A stretch of DNA of 64,000 bases, from positions 62,001-126,000 of the IMG/VR virus record IMGVR_UViG_3300027278_000006; one strand, given 5' to 3'. Origin of the DNA: an uncultured virus (IMG/VR IMGVR_UViG_3300027278_000006) (Duplodnaviria; Heunggongvirae; Uroviricota; Caudoviricetes). The translations under genes were made by a program, and so were the position numbers. This document shows, in pieces, positions 18,636 to 28,953 of this stretch (position 1 is the first letter of the stretch; every line of letters starts with the position of its first letter). The notes beneath the pieces were generated by a model. The model worked only from the letters and a program-made list of their open reading frames with translations. It searched no databases and was not told the origin of the DNA.

Positions 18636-20300
18636 TTATATCTTGCCACCTTTAGGTTCTGGAGGAGGTTCTGGAGCAACAGGTTCTTGTGGAATTTCTT
18701 CTGGAACTCCTTCTGCCGGTGGAACTTCCCCACCTTCTGGAATTGGATTTCCCATTTCATCTACCTGAGCATTCGGGTCTGGGAGAATACCTTTAGCAAT
18801 TTCATCATCAATCTGAGCATCAATTTCGATAATTTCTGAATCAGTTTGACGAAGAATCTTTTTACGAACATATTCGGTAGAAAAATACTTTCCGATATAT
18901 GCCTCCATAGAAGTAACAAGTGACAATCTATTTGTAAGTAATTCCGCCTCCTTAAGTTCGGCAAAATGATTATCATATAAGAAATCATACTGAATATGAT
19001 CGCTCATAATCTCCCAATCTTCTGGAGTTACAACATTCTTAAGGAGTAGTTGAGTGCGAAGCATATCATTAAACATATTTGCAAAACGCTTTCTTAGGCG
19101 TCCGACAAACTTAGAAAACTTAAGTTCATCTCTTAGAATTTCTGATGAACGTCCCAGATTGAATCCATCACCACCACCAGCAATTCTGGATTCTGGAACT
19201 CCAAGTGCCCTATAAAGTTTTTTCTGGAAATATTCAATATCTGAAAGTTCGCCAAGATTTTGACCACCAGGTAGAGTTGTTATTTCAGTTCCCCTACCAC
19301 CTTCTCTTCTTGGAAGCCAGAAATCCTCAAGCATACTCATATACTTGCGATCATCACGAACTTCACCTGTCTGTGCATCATAAACTAATTTATTGCGGTA
19401 GCGACTCATAACCTCCTTGAGGTATTGCTCTGCTTTTACCTTTGGAAGATTGCCAACATCAATATAAAAAATACGACGCTCTGGTGCTCTGGATAATCTG
19501 TAAATCACCAGAGAATCTTCAATCATTCTAAGTTGATTGAGTGCCTTAATTGATTTGTGGAGATATGATAGTACTGTTCCTTTATTTCTATCTACTAATC
19601 CAGAAGTGCAGTAAGTAACAGAATCTTTTGCTATCTTTACCGAATTCTTTGCTGATGAACTAAAAGTACCTGAGGGATAATTAGTGGTTGGAGTATAGAT
19701 AAAATATTCTTCAATTTCTGGATATGTAACCTGATTTACATTAAAATTGGTAAGTGCAGATAAATTTGGTCCAGAATTATTATTTGTCTTTTTTTCCTGA
19801 CGAACGTGCTTCATCTTCATAGGATCAATATATCTCAATTCCTGAATTCCATCTTCAGGTTTCTTTACATCAATAATTTTGAGATAAAATAGTCTTCCGT
19901 CAACATACCAGTTTTTAAAAATTTCGTGAGACTTCTTATCGAAGTCCATAATTTCTTTGATGTGCTTAAATTCTTCTCTTATAACTTTTTTTAGTTTATC
20001 GCTCGCATTCAAATTTGATAGTTCTATTTCAACTGGAGAATCATATAAGTCACTTACAATTGCTTCATTAACAACATCTTCAATTGCTCCATCACATTCT
20101 GGATGAAGAGCCATCTCACGATATCTTCTAATTAGATCATATTCAGTTCTGTAAACACCTTCAATATCAATAGTTTGCCCATAAAAACCCGATTGGATAT
20201 AATGATCAACCCCGTCCTCATTATTAGGAGGAACGGGGGAGACTATAGATTTGGATTTTTTTTCATTATCCTCAATTGAAAAACCAAAAAGTTTCGCCAT
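18636..20300 (-). CDS. gp20: Portal vertex protein
   Basis: IYRLSRAPERRIFYIDVGNLPK, MLEDFWLPRREGGRGTEITTLPGGQNLG. Confidence 0.98.
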   Translation of the reverse strand: MAKLFGFSIEDNEKKSKSIVSPVPPNNEDGVDHYIQSGFYGQTIDIEGVYRTEYDLIRRYREMALHPECDGAIEDVVNEAIVSDLYDSPVEIELSNLNASDKLKKVIREEFKHIKEIMDFDKKSHEIFKNWYVDGRLFYLKIIDVKKPEDGIQELRYIDPMKMKHVRQEKKTNNNSGPNLSALTNFNVNQVTYPEIEEYFIYTPTTNYPSGTFSSSAKNSVKIAKDSVTYCTSGLVDRNKGTVLSYLHKSIKALNQLRMIEDSLVIYRLSRAPERRIFYIDVGNLPKVKAEQYLKEVMSRYRNKLVYDAQTGEVRDDRKYMSMLEDFWLPRREGGRGTEITTLPGGQNLGELSDIEYFQKKLYRALGVPESRIAGGGDGFNLGRSSEILRDELKFSKFVGRLRKRFANMFNDMLRTQLLLKNVVTPEDWEIMSDHIQYDFLYDNHFAELKEAELLTNRLSLVTSMEAYIGKYFSTEYVRKKILRQTDSEIIEIDAQIDDEIAKGILPDPNAQVDEMGNPIPEGGEVPPAEGVPEEIPQEPVAPEPPPEPKGGKI

Positions 20301-20332
20301 CTTATAAAGTATGCTTACCTGTTATAGTTTAT

Positions 20333-20923
20333 TTAGTTGATATCTTCGCCACCAGCAGCAGGAGAATCACCCTTGACTGCTTCCCACCAGAGAACTTGCA
20401 TTTCTACAGTAAACTCCTGAATTGCATCAGTTTCATATGCTAACTGAATTGGACTGATATTTGTTGGAAACAAATCATAGAAATGATATGCTCTTAGAGT
20501 TGAACCATCACGATCTAAGTGGTAAACAAATGCATCTGCCTGATATAGTGCAGGATCAGTAACTCCAGTGTTATCAGAAACTCGGTTGATTACATTCATC
20601 CAATTTTCAAATGCCGAACGAATGGCAAAATCAGTATCGTTAATGACGGTAATCGTCCAACTTTCAAAGGTGCGGTCTCCTGCTAATTTTAGAGTTCTTC
20701 CTCTAAAGGCAACTTCCAGTGGAGTCACCGTTGAACCTGGAAGTGCCGCCGTTTTGACTAAAAATCTAGACTTGTCGAGAACATTAGTGTCAGCAGGAGC
20801 AGCATCTGGGAATGAAAGAACAACCTCAAAGAGGTTACTTCTAGCACCACCACCAGATAACTTACTCTTGAAGTCTGTAATCTTCCTTAAAGGGGGTGGA
20901 TTTAATTGATTTCTGGTTGCCAT
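20333..20923 (-). CDS. gp19: Tail tube protein
   Basis: GGARSNLFEV, FRGRTLKLAGDRTFESWTITVINDTDF. Confidence 0.95.
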   Translation of the reverse strand: MATRNQLNPPPLRKITDFKSKLSGGGARSNLFEVVLSFPDAAPADTNVLDKSRFLVKTAALPGSTVTPLEVAFRGRTLKLAGDRTFESWTITVINDTDFAIRSAFENWMNVINRVSDNTGVTDPALYQADAFVYHLDRDGSTLRAYHFYDLFPTNISPIQLAYETDAIQEFTVEMQVLWWEAVKGDSPAAGGEDIN

Positions 20924-20942
20924 AGTTTTTAACCTCTGTTAA

Positions 20943-23105
20943 TTAAAAGTTGCCGATTATTTCTTCAAAATCAACACCAGTCTTGGTGGCAATAAAGGTA
21001 AGACCGATGAAGTTAATCGATCTCGCTGGTTTAATGTAGATGTCTGCTCTAAACTCATTAGCATCAATAACTGCTGCCGTGTTATTAGTTTCATCAGCAA
21101 TTACGACATAATCAAAGATGCCTCTCTTTGCCTGAACATCACGCAAGAATGGTTCAATAGTATTTACAAAATTAGTTCTTGTAATTTCATCGTTAAACTC
21201 AAATAGCACATCCCTAGCGGCACGAGAAATAGCATCCTCAAGGTAGATGAAGAGTCTGCGAACATTAATACGATCAAATGCTGATGTTCTTGCTAATCCA
21301 GTCTTATCACCGAACAGAATAATACCTGCTCCTGGTGAGAAGATGATTGGATTGATTCGGTTTGTATAAAGACGATCTCTCTGAGACTTACTTGGAGTAT
21401 AAGCAAGTTTAACAGCATTTAAGATGGCACCTCTTGAGGTTCCTGCTGGAGAATACCAGGGGAAGTAATTAATGTCACTACGAGCACAAAGACCGGCAAT
21501 ATCACCGTTTAAAGGAGCATATCTATAAGTATTTGCAAATCTATCGTACATATACTTATAACCAGAATCAAATACTGCATAAGACGAAGATGCTACGGAA
21601 GAGAAGAAACTAATTACATTATTTGTAATATCAGTAGAGTTTCTAACCGTAACTTCAGTTTGTACTGACGTATCAGTAAGGGCAGAACTTCTGTAAGGTG
21701 AAATGAAGGCAATTGCATCTTTTCTGAGTTCGGCAACCGAAATAAGTTTGTTTGCTAGTTCTTGTGCAGTTTCTTTCGCATAACCAGCAGATCCCATCAA
21801 TAAGAAATCTACTTTGATATCTTCTGTGTTCTCAAATAAATCATATCCGTCTTTTAGTTCTGCTAGAGTTGCGGTAAGAGCACCGGTAGTTCCAATTCCT
21901 GTTTGTCCATTATAGTTAAGACCACCTGCTAACGTGTAAGTATTTGCACCTGCGGCACCAAAAATGATACCTTCTGCGGGTTGGTCCCATCCATTATCGG
22001 TCGTTAAGTCAAATTGATTCGGATCATATCCTGTTGTGGTAAGACCAGCAGGAGCACCACCAGCAAAGATATTTGCAGAACCTGCGGCAATATATTTTCT
22101 CCAATAAGAAGTACTTCCGGCAGAAAACTCCGCATCAGTTGCCTTAGAAAGACCTATATGCTTTTCAAGAATTGTTCCGGCATTACCAGTAACTGTTCCC
22201 AAATCATCAATAACTACTACGTGAACTTCATCAAATCTTGATCCTCTTGGTTCTGCAAATGCCGAAGTTCCTGGTGCTGGTGCTAGATTATTCCACTGAA
22301 TGTTGGGAGTAATATATTGCTGACTGAACCAATCAAGTTCACTAGCGTAAGATGTGGTTCCCAATGAAACCAGAGAGTCTCCGGTTGTAACGATACCGAC
22401 AATTCCAGATTCGGTAAAGCAATAAGTTCCGTCTTGTTGATAATCAACAATTGTTTCTGTATTTCCGGAGGATACCTTACTTAAAATCTTAACAGCAATT
22501 GAACTGGCACCAACCTCAGTAATGATTCCTTTTAGATAAGAACCAGTTAACGATATGGAAGTACCCGTTCCAACATCTGCTTTTCCGGTAAGGGATTGAG
22601 TTACACCGTAACCAACTCTGGCAAGCGTAGTTACAATACCGCTTAAAATTTGGTCTGCCTTGGAGTCAATAATTGCTACTTTGATTCCGTTTGCCCAAGA
22701 ACCAGGATTTCTTGCTGCTACAATAACATTTGGAATGGTATTTTCATCATACCCCAATTCTTCATAATGATCTAAACTCTTAATTTTAACGGTTGCAACT
22801 CCTACAGATGCAACACGGGCATTTTTTAGATCGGCGTCGTCTGCTCTGACTACCTGTAATGAACCACCATACGAAAGGTAGGATGAAGCAACCATCCAAC
22901 TTTCATAGTGCTTATCTGTGGAGTATGGTTCGCCAAAATTATTCAGCAGATCATTTTCATTCTCTACTAAGGTTGGCGAATCTACAGGTCCCTTTGCGAA
23001 AGGTGCAACAATTGCCCCAATCTTATTGGAAGCTGGTTGGACTCTACCAGAGGTTAGATCAACTTCCCTTACTACGATTCCAGGAGATGCTAAATTTAGC
23101 GGCAT
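20943..23105 (-). CDS. gp18: Tail sheath protein
   Basis: SPGIVVREVDLT, PWYSPAG, FDRINVRRLF, FEFNDEITR, IKPARSINFI. Confidence 0.97.
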   Translation of the reverse strand: MPLNLASPGIVVREVDLTSGRVQPASNKIGAIVAPFAKGPVDSPTLVENENDLLNNFGEPYSTDKHYESWMVASSYLSYGGSLQVVRADDADLKNARVASVGVATVKIKSLDHYEELGYDENTIPNVIVAARNPGSWANGIKVAIIDSKADQILSGIVTTLARVGYGVTQSLTGKADVGTGTSISLTGSYLKGIITEVGASSIAVKILSKVSSGNTETIVDYQQDGTYCFTESGIVGIVTTGDSLVSLGTTSYASELDWFSQQYITPNIQWNNLAPAPGTSAFAEPRGSRFDEVHVVVIDDLGTVTGNAGTILEKHIGLSKATDAEFSAGSTSYWRKYIAAGSANIFAGGAPAGLTTTGYDPNQFDLTTDNGWDQPAEGIIFGAAGANTYTLAGGLNYNGQTGIGTTGALTATLAELKDGYDLFENTEDIKVDFLLMGSAGYAKETAQELANKLISVAELRKDAIAFISPYRSSALTDTSVQTEVTVRNSTDITNNVISFFSSVASSSYAVFDSGYKYMYDRFANTYRYAPLNGDIAGLCARSDINYFPWYSPAGTSRGAILNAVKLAYTPSKSQRDRLYTNRINPIIFSPGAGIILFGDKTGLARTSAFDRINVRRLFIYLEDAISRAARDVLFEFNDEITRTNFVNTIEPFLRDVQAKRGIFDYVVIADETNNTAAVIDANEFRADIYIKPARSINFIGLTFIATKTGVDFEEIIGNF

Positions 23106-23170
23106 CTTTATTCTCCGTATTATCCCGAATTATTCTAAAAGTATTTATAATTTCCTTGTCTTCAATATAC

Positions 23171-25876
23171 TTATCTGTAATCCCACTCATTTGACACATC
23201 TCCGTACTCATCAACATTCCAAATATCTTGTGTCTGTATTCCGTTTTCTGAAGTGGCAAACATCCACCTGTCTCCAGTTTCTTGTTCTACAAATACCTCC
23301 ATATCTTCCAATCCATCTGAAATAAATCCAAACGGAGACATATCTTGGTCTATTTGATTCTTTTGTTCTTCATATATTCTTTTACGAATATCATTATTAG
23401 TCATTTCTTTGAAATATTCCTGAGCGACTAACCAGGCAAAAATTACAAGGCACATTACCAAATCATCATTACAACCTTCTTCCGCTTCAAATGAATTATG
23501 TCTTTGGGCAAATGTTGTAAGTTCACTAATAATATCATAGTCATTCACAAATAATTTATCATCCTCAATAAGTAATTTTAAGTTTGAACATCCTAATTTT
23601 TTAACTGCTGCAGTTGTTCTAACTCCAAGTTGAGATTTTTTACCACTAAATCCAGACCCAACTAATTGCCCTGCCCTACCTCTCATAGAGCACATTAGGA
23701 TATTATCATATTCTAAATCGTAGTGAAGAATATTAGCAACCTGATCTCCAATATCATTTACTTCTATAAGTAACCAGGCATTATCATATCCTCTTGCCAC
23801 CTCATTAATAATACTTGGAAATAGCATCGGTCTAATCTCATTATTTTTATATTTTGCCACAACTCTGTAAGGAAACTCCGTAATATCAAAAACAACAAAT
23901 GCCGAATAATCATTACCCATTCCACGAGCAACATCAACCGTAATTAAATAACTGTGGTCTTCTATTGGATTTTCATAAACATCAAGACCTTTACTTCTTT
24001 TTATTGGGTCATCATAGACTAATATTTTCAGTTTGCTTGGATTGATGAGTGTTCCTACCGACCCCAGAAACTCACAAAGGTGCTCTGCCCTAAACTGCTC
24101 TTCACTAGTATTGGCAATCGTCTGTGCCTTCCATTCCTCATCTCTACCGGGCACTTCAGACCAGTGGACCTCTGTGGCAACAAATGAGTTCTTACCACGC
24201 TCTGCATCGTGCCACATACGGTAGAAATGATTCATACCTTTGGGTGTGGATACTACAATAACCTTGGTGGACTTACCAGATGAAATTGTGGGATATACTG
24301 ATGCGAAGAAATCGTCGGCAATATGATTTGGAACAAACGCAAATTCGTCCAAGAAAATAATGTTGAATGACATTCCTCGAACGGCAGAAGCAGACGTTGA
24401 TGCCGCAATAATTTTTGACCCATTTTCCAATTCTAATGAACCTTTATTCCAGGAAACAATACCCTGTTGCATCCATTTTGGAAGATTCTCATAAGATAAT
24501 TGAAGTCTACTTAAGATTTCTCTTGATGTTGATGCTTTGTTTGCCAGAATACCCACATTTACGTTGTCATTAAAAACAATATAATGTAATAAGTATGATA
24601 CTACCGTTGTTGTATTATGTGTGGGAATAAATGTTCTTCCACATAAAAACAGATGGTCATCACTATCTACTTGAATACACGCAACTGGGACACTATCGAC
24701 CTTTTCTATTTTTTGTATATAATGTCTTTTATTTTGAGGTCTTCCCTTTCCACCAAAATTTATTAATTCGGACTTTCTTGGAAGATTGAAAATATTTTCC
24801 TTACTGGGAAAACGAACAGTATGATACCAACACTGATTTATTAACCTTCTACTTACTCTGGATTTTATACCTAAAGAAGATAGAAGTTCAACAACTTGAA
24901 GAATAAATTCATAATTCTTTTGGTAAAATTCAAATGATTGATTTTTTGTAATTGAACCGTCAGTATCCATCAATCCTCGCAATAATTCCATTCTTTGTTC
25001 TATGGATGTGCGAAGATATATTTGTGGAATGTGTTTATTCTTTAATAAATTATTTTCTTTTAATTTTTTTCTTAAATCCCTACACTTAAAACGAATACAA
25101 TTATTATCTTCTCTTTCGTGTTCAATATCTAGTTTTGTTTTATAAAATTCATAATCATCTTTATGTGCTATTATTCTCCCGTCTGCAGAATATCCATCAC
25201 CCAACCAAACACCAAGAAGATATGGATCTATAGGCAAATTTTGATTTTTCCCATTAATTGCTTTAGATAAGTCAATATAAAGTGACCCTTCTACACCTTT
25301 ACCTCTTTTATTGTTAGTTTTCTTTAAGTATCTTGAATATATTTCATCAGTATTGATAACTTTTTTTCCAGTTCTCCAATAAGAACTATTTACTTCCCAC
25401 AAATGATCTGCATCAGCGACAATTTCTTCTCCATTATCAAAAAATATTTTGTAGCACTGGTGATTAATCATAGTTTCTGTTTTAAATGTTACAGAAACTG
25501 AATTTCCATCGGGAGAAAGTATTTGATCCCCAACTTCAATATCCCCAATCGTCGTCCATCCTTCAGGTGTTGGTATTGGAGTATCTAATGCTAATGCCTT
25601 ACCAACCTGGCGTGGCATCTTTGCTATGTTAAATCTGTTCTTATGAAAGTTGCTGACCAATCTCTCTTGAAAGGGCCACATATTAAACTTAACAAGACCA
25701 TCATCAACATTAACAATCTTGATATATTTCTTGGCAAAATAAACGGGGTCTTCCTTACAAGTTAAGAACTCAATAATTTGTTCTTCGGTAAATTGTATTG
25801 GAGTATTTGCTCTCTTTAGATTTGGATTAGAGAGATATGCATCACCTATCTTTAGTTGAATGTCTTGAATATCCAT
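23171..25876 (-). CDS. gp17: Terminase large subunit containing an intein
   Basis: Walker A PRQVGK|TT split by an insert; FLDEFAF, STPKG, TVDVARG, NDDLVM nuclease motifs. Confidence 0.96.
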   Translation of the reverse strand: MDIQDIQLKIGDAYLSNPNLKRANTPIQFTEEQIIEFLTCKEDPVYFAKKYIKIVNVDDGLVKFNMWPFQERLVSNFHKNRFNIAKMPRQVGKALALDTPIPTPEGWTTIGDIEVGDQILSPDGNSVSVTFKTETMINHQCYKIFFDNGEEIVADADHLWEVNSSYWRTGKKVINTDEIYSRYLKKTNNKRGKGVEGSLYIDLSKAINGKNQNLPIDPYLLGVWLGDGYSADGRIIAHKDDYEFYKTKLDIEHEREDNNCIRFKCRDLRKKLKENNLLKNKHIPQIYLRTSIEQRMELLRGLMDTDGSITKNQSFEFYQKNYEFILQVVELLSSLGIKSRVSRRLINQCWYHTVRFPSKENIFNLPRKSELINFGGKGRPQNKRHYIQKIEKVDSVPVACIQVDSDDHLFLCGRTFIPTHNTTTVVSYLLHYIVFNDNVNVGILANKASTSREILSRLQLSYENLPKWMQQGIVSWNKGSLELENGSKIIAASTSASAVRGMSFNIIFLDEFAFVPNHIADDFFASVYPTISSGKSTKVIVVSTPKGMNHFYRMWHDAERGKNSFVATEVHWSEVPGRDEEWKAQTIANTSEEQFRAEHLCEFLGSVGTLINPSKLKILVYDDPIKRSKGLDVYENPIEDHSYLITVDVARGMGNDYSAFVVFDITEFPYRVVAKYKNNEIRPMLFPSIINEVARGYDNAWLLIEVNDIGDQVANILHYDLEYDNILMCSMRGRAGQLVGSGFSGKKSQLGVRTTAAVKKLGCSNLKLLIEDDKLFVNDYDIISELTTFAQRHNSFEAEEGCNDDLVMCLVIFAWLVAQEYFKEMTNNDIRKRIYEEQKNQIDQDMSPFGFISDGLEDMEVFVEQETGDRWMFATSENGIQTQDIWNVDEYGDVSNEWDYR
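24614..25597 (-). mobile_element. Class 3 intein (328 aa) with LAGLIDADG homing endonuclease
   Basis: Starts Ala (ALALDTPIPTPEGW), block B ADADHLW, LLGVWLGDG and LLRGLMDTDG, block F VACIQVD, ends FIPTHN followed by Thr+1. Confidence 0.92.
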
Positions 25877-25881
25877 AAAAA

Positions 25882-27156
25882 TTACCTTTGTTCAATCCAA
25901 TTCAATACCGCAAGTGCTTTTTTGTTAGTGTTTGGAGATGCACAAGCAAGAGTGTAAGTATCACTAATTGTTCCAATACCACTTCTACCTAACTGAAGTG
26001 CTGCTCTAACATCAAGATCAACTAACGCACCACTACCATTAATTACAAAACCACTCAAAAGATCACTTCCACCAGATACTGCAGTTTGAGTGATATTATA
26101 CTGCATAAAAGAGTTTGGATCGGGATGATTTACCCAAGTTCCTCCAGTCAGTGTTGCATTTTGTAAAAGTTGCCAATAAACATTCGTATTATCATCAGTT
26201 GCTGCCTGTAATGATCTCAAGAGAATTACACCAGTTAGATTATTAGATTTCAAACGAATGCTTATAATTGGATAAAATGTATTTGCAGATGACATCGTTG
26301 TCCCTGTGATGGGATTTGAGATGCTCAAAAGAGTTCCAAGTTTTTCTGATTCTCCTTCCTGAATCAGAGAATTAGAACCCTGATACATGTAATGAGTTCC
26401 TGCAACACCTGTTATATTTTCTATCTCAAGTCTAATAGGTAAGAATGGAGTAGAACACCAAACTCCCGGATTAGTATTTGAGTTCTCAAAAGTATGAGAT
26501 GCAACAGTCTCATTCTTCATCAACCAAGTAAATTGAATTATACCTGCACCATACCATTCATAATTGATGGAAATCATTTGTTGTTTTGTTGGATCTGCGG
26601 TTACTCCAGTCCACCCATTACCATAAAACTTCTCACCATTCCATTCATCTCTGTATACTCTGGTTTCTGTAACAATTCCAGTTACACTACTACGGAGCAC
26701 ATAAGAATATGTTCCCCCATTATCCTCAAAATAAACACCATTATTTTCATCAAACAATCCAAATCTTCTGCGAATACCAACTTGTGGTTGTTCAAGACGA
26801 ATTGCAAATGCAAGAGTTGCACCCCTACCAGGAATGTATCTCATCACATTCTTGGTTTGGCGAACGATTTTACTACCAGCAGTAGATTCAACTTGCATTA
26901 CAACATTACTGGCATTTGCATTAAATGTTGCAGTTCCAACTCCAACTACTCTTTCATCCCATACATCAGTTTCCTTTCCATACTGGAAGGTGTTGAAGAA
27001 TACTGTTTGGAACGGAGATATTTTAAATCTGTTGTTGTTAGTAAATTGGGGTCTCCAGTCAGTCTGGTTTCCCCAATGATCTGCGATATTATAAACCTCA
27101 AAGAGACTTCTTTCTTGATCTAAAAAATCTTGTGTTTTCTTATTCCATTGTGCCAT
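25882..27156 (-). CDS. Hypothetical beta-rich 424-aa protein, possibly structural
   Basis: Long ORF in the gp16-gp17 interval; rich in aromatic, Thr and Gly residues; function not recognised. Confidence 0.75.
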   Translation of the reverse strand: MAQWNKKTQDFLDQERSLFEVYNIADHWGNQTDWRPQFTNNNRFKISPFQTVFFNTFQYGKETDVWDERVVGVGTATFNANASNVVMQVESTAGSKIVRQTKNVMRYIPGRGATLAFAIRLEQPQVGIRRRFGLFDENNGVYFEDNGGTYSYVLRSSVTGIVTETRVYRDEWNGEKFYGNGWTGVTADPTKQQMISINYEWYGAGIIQFTWLMKNETVASHTFENSNTNPGVWCSTPFLPIRLEIENITGVAGTHYMYQGSNSLIQEGESEKLGTLLSISNPITGTTMSSANTFYPIISIRLKSNNLTGVILLRSLQAATDDNTNVYWQLLQNATLTGGTWVNHPDPNSFMQYNITQTAVSGGSDLLSGFVINGSGALVDLDVRAALQLGRSGIGTISDTYTLACASPNTNKKALAVLNWIEQR

Positions 27157-27158
27157 AA

Positions 27159-27473
27159 TTAATCAGTCGAAGTTAGTCTTTCGGGTTGATATCTTTGTGA
27201 GTTCTTAATTTTTAAAGAATTTGTTGTTTGAGGGTAAATGTTATGTACAATTGCTCCGGGATATTCTCCCTGAAGTTGCTCTGCAAGTTCATTTTTGTTT
27301 AACATCTTGCCTTCAACTTCTAATCTATACATTTTACCTTCCCAAACTATATCTGCGGTAAAAGACTCTCCAACGGGTTCTGATTGAGATTCTGAACCAT
27401 TCATATAAAGATTGCCGTTGAAATTTCCGGCAATATTAACACTTTCTGAAATAAACTGATTGAAGGATTTCAT
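27159..27473 (-). CDS. Small protein with a capsid-targeting-like N-terminus
   Basis: MKSFNQFISE resembles the T4 CTS MKTYQEFIAE. Confidence 0.7.
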   Translation of the reverse strand: MKSFNQFISESVNIAGNFNGNLYMNGSESQSEPVGESFTADIVWEGKMYRLEVEGKMLNKNELAEQLQGEYPGAIVHNIYPQTTNSLKIKNSQRYQPERLTSTD

Positions 27474-27474
27474 T

Positions 27475-28941
27475 TTAGTTACAGTTCCACTTTCTTAAGG
27501 ATAATGTCTTTCTTGTTGGACGACCTTTTTCATCTTTCGCAGGTCCAGGCATTCCACTCATACGAGCACAGAATGATTTTCTGCGTTTTGCATCCTTAGA
27601 ACCGGGTTTTAATTTTGATGGTTTAGTAGTAACGGCAGTTTGCAATTTTGAACCTGGATTTTCTTTTCTATAAGATGCAACTCCTGCTGCGTTTAAACCA
27701 CCCTCAGGATTTTTACCTGCTTTTCTTTGCCAGGCAGCGGATGCTTCATTCAGACCAAAATCTTCCCTCCAATTGGAATATACATCAATAGATTCCTTAA
27801 CCTTAACGCAGTTTGGATATTTTTTACCAAACATCGTCTTCATACCCTTTTTCTTATAACCTTTCCAACACGCCTCTTTAACATCGTGTTCTCCACTATC
27901 TAGGTAGTCAGCAGCAGCATCAATATAATCTGCTGCCTTTGTAATTTTTGATTGAACCCATGCCTCAATATTACCCTCACCATTCAATTTGCCACGGAGT
28001 CTTTTTGCAGCAGAAATAATTGTAGAGAGTTCAGACCTTGCCATAGAATATTCGTGGTCTGGTTCCTTAGACTCATTAGTAGGATGAACCTGAGCAATAC
28101 TAAACTTCATCTGATTTGGGGATAATCTGGAAGGTAGTGAAAACATATCCCAGTACTTGGGACCATATTTGCATACATCTCTAGTCTCATCTTTTTCACA
28201 TTTGGGGCAATATCTCATACCCATTTCTTCTGAAATAGAATCTTTTGATGATAAATTTATTGATTCTGATTTATTTCCCCAATTAGCAGCACCAACCTTG
28301 CGGCATTTTACAAGTGCTCCGGAAGCATATGCTGAAGGCCAGACAGAATATCTTGACTTTACTTTAGTATAACAAGCATCTTTTGTGCCGCTTCCTTTAC
28401 CTTTAACATCTGATTCTTCGTTCATTTTCTTTTTTGGTTTATCGGTAGAAACATAAGTTGGTTTAGCAGCACCCGATTTTTCTGGTTGATTTGGGTCTGC
28501 GGCACTTTTTCTTCTTTGAGCAGATATTCTTTCAGATTTAGTCATACTTGCTCTTTTATCTGAAGAAACACACTTGGGTGTTTCATCCTCTTCGCCTTCT
28601 TCACGGGCACAAGGTTCTCCGGAGACTACTTCAACCCAACCAGGTTTTCTTTTTTTACCGATTGATTCAGATTTACCAAACCAATCACGAAGACTCTCTT
28701 TCACATCCTTAAAGTTTTTATGCTCTTTTCTAGCATCAGACTCCATCTTTTTCAACTTAGTGTAATAATCTGGAAACTCGTCAAGATGTTGAAGAGCAAT
28801 ATCAGCAGCAAGATCCTTATCTTTAGTATGCTCCTTTTCAATAGCAATACCCATCTTAAGTTGATTTCTTACAAAAGAAATATCCTGACGATGCTTTTTC
28901 GCAATACTTTCAACCGTCTGGTGGGATTTTAATTTAGGCAC
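27475..28941 (-). CDS. Modular basic late protein (DUF5661-like, DUF5872-like and DUF6321-like modules), candidate polyprotein
   Basis: GIAIEKEHT..IALQHLDEFPDYY; GEPCAR..TPKC; KDACYTKVK..WPSAYASG; AAWQRKAGKNPEGGLN..RRKSFCARM; GTG start; late-promoter variant at 28964-28971. Confidence 0.75.
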   Translation of the reverse strand: MPKLKSHQTVESIAKKHRQDISFVRNQLKMGIAIEKEHTKDKDLAADIALQHLDEFPDYYTKLKKMESDARKEHKNFKDVKESLRDWFGKSESIGKKRKPGWVEVVSGEPCAREEGEEDETPKCVSSDKRASMTKSERISAQRRKSAADPNQPEKSGAAKPTYVSTDKPKKKMNEESDVKGKGSGTKDACYTKVKSRYSVWPSAYASGALVKCRKVGAANWGNKSESINLSSKDSISEEMGMRYCPKCEKDETRDVCKYGPKYWDMFSLPSRLSPNQMKFSIAQVHPTNESKEPDHEYSMARSELSTIISAAKRLRGKLNGEGNIEAWVQSKITKAADYIDAAADYLDSGEHDVKEACWKGYKKKGMKTMFGKKYPNCVKVKESIDVYSNWREDFGLNEASAAWQRKAGKNPEGGLNAAGVASYRKENPGSKLQTAVTTKPSKLKPGSKDAKRRKSFCARMSGMPGPAKDEKGRPTRKTLSLRKWNCN

Positions 28942-28953
28942 TTTAGGAAAACA

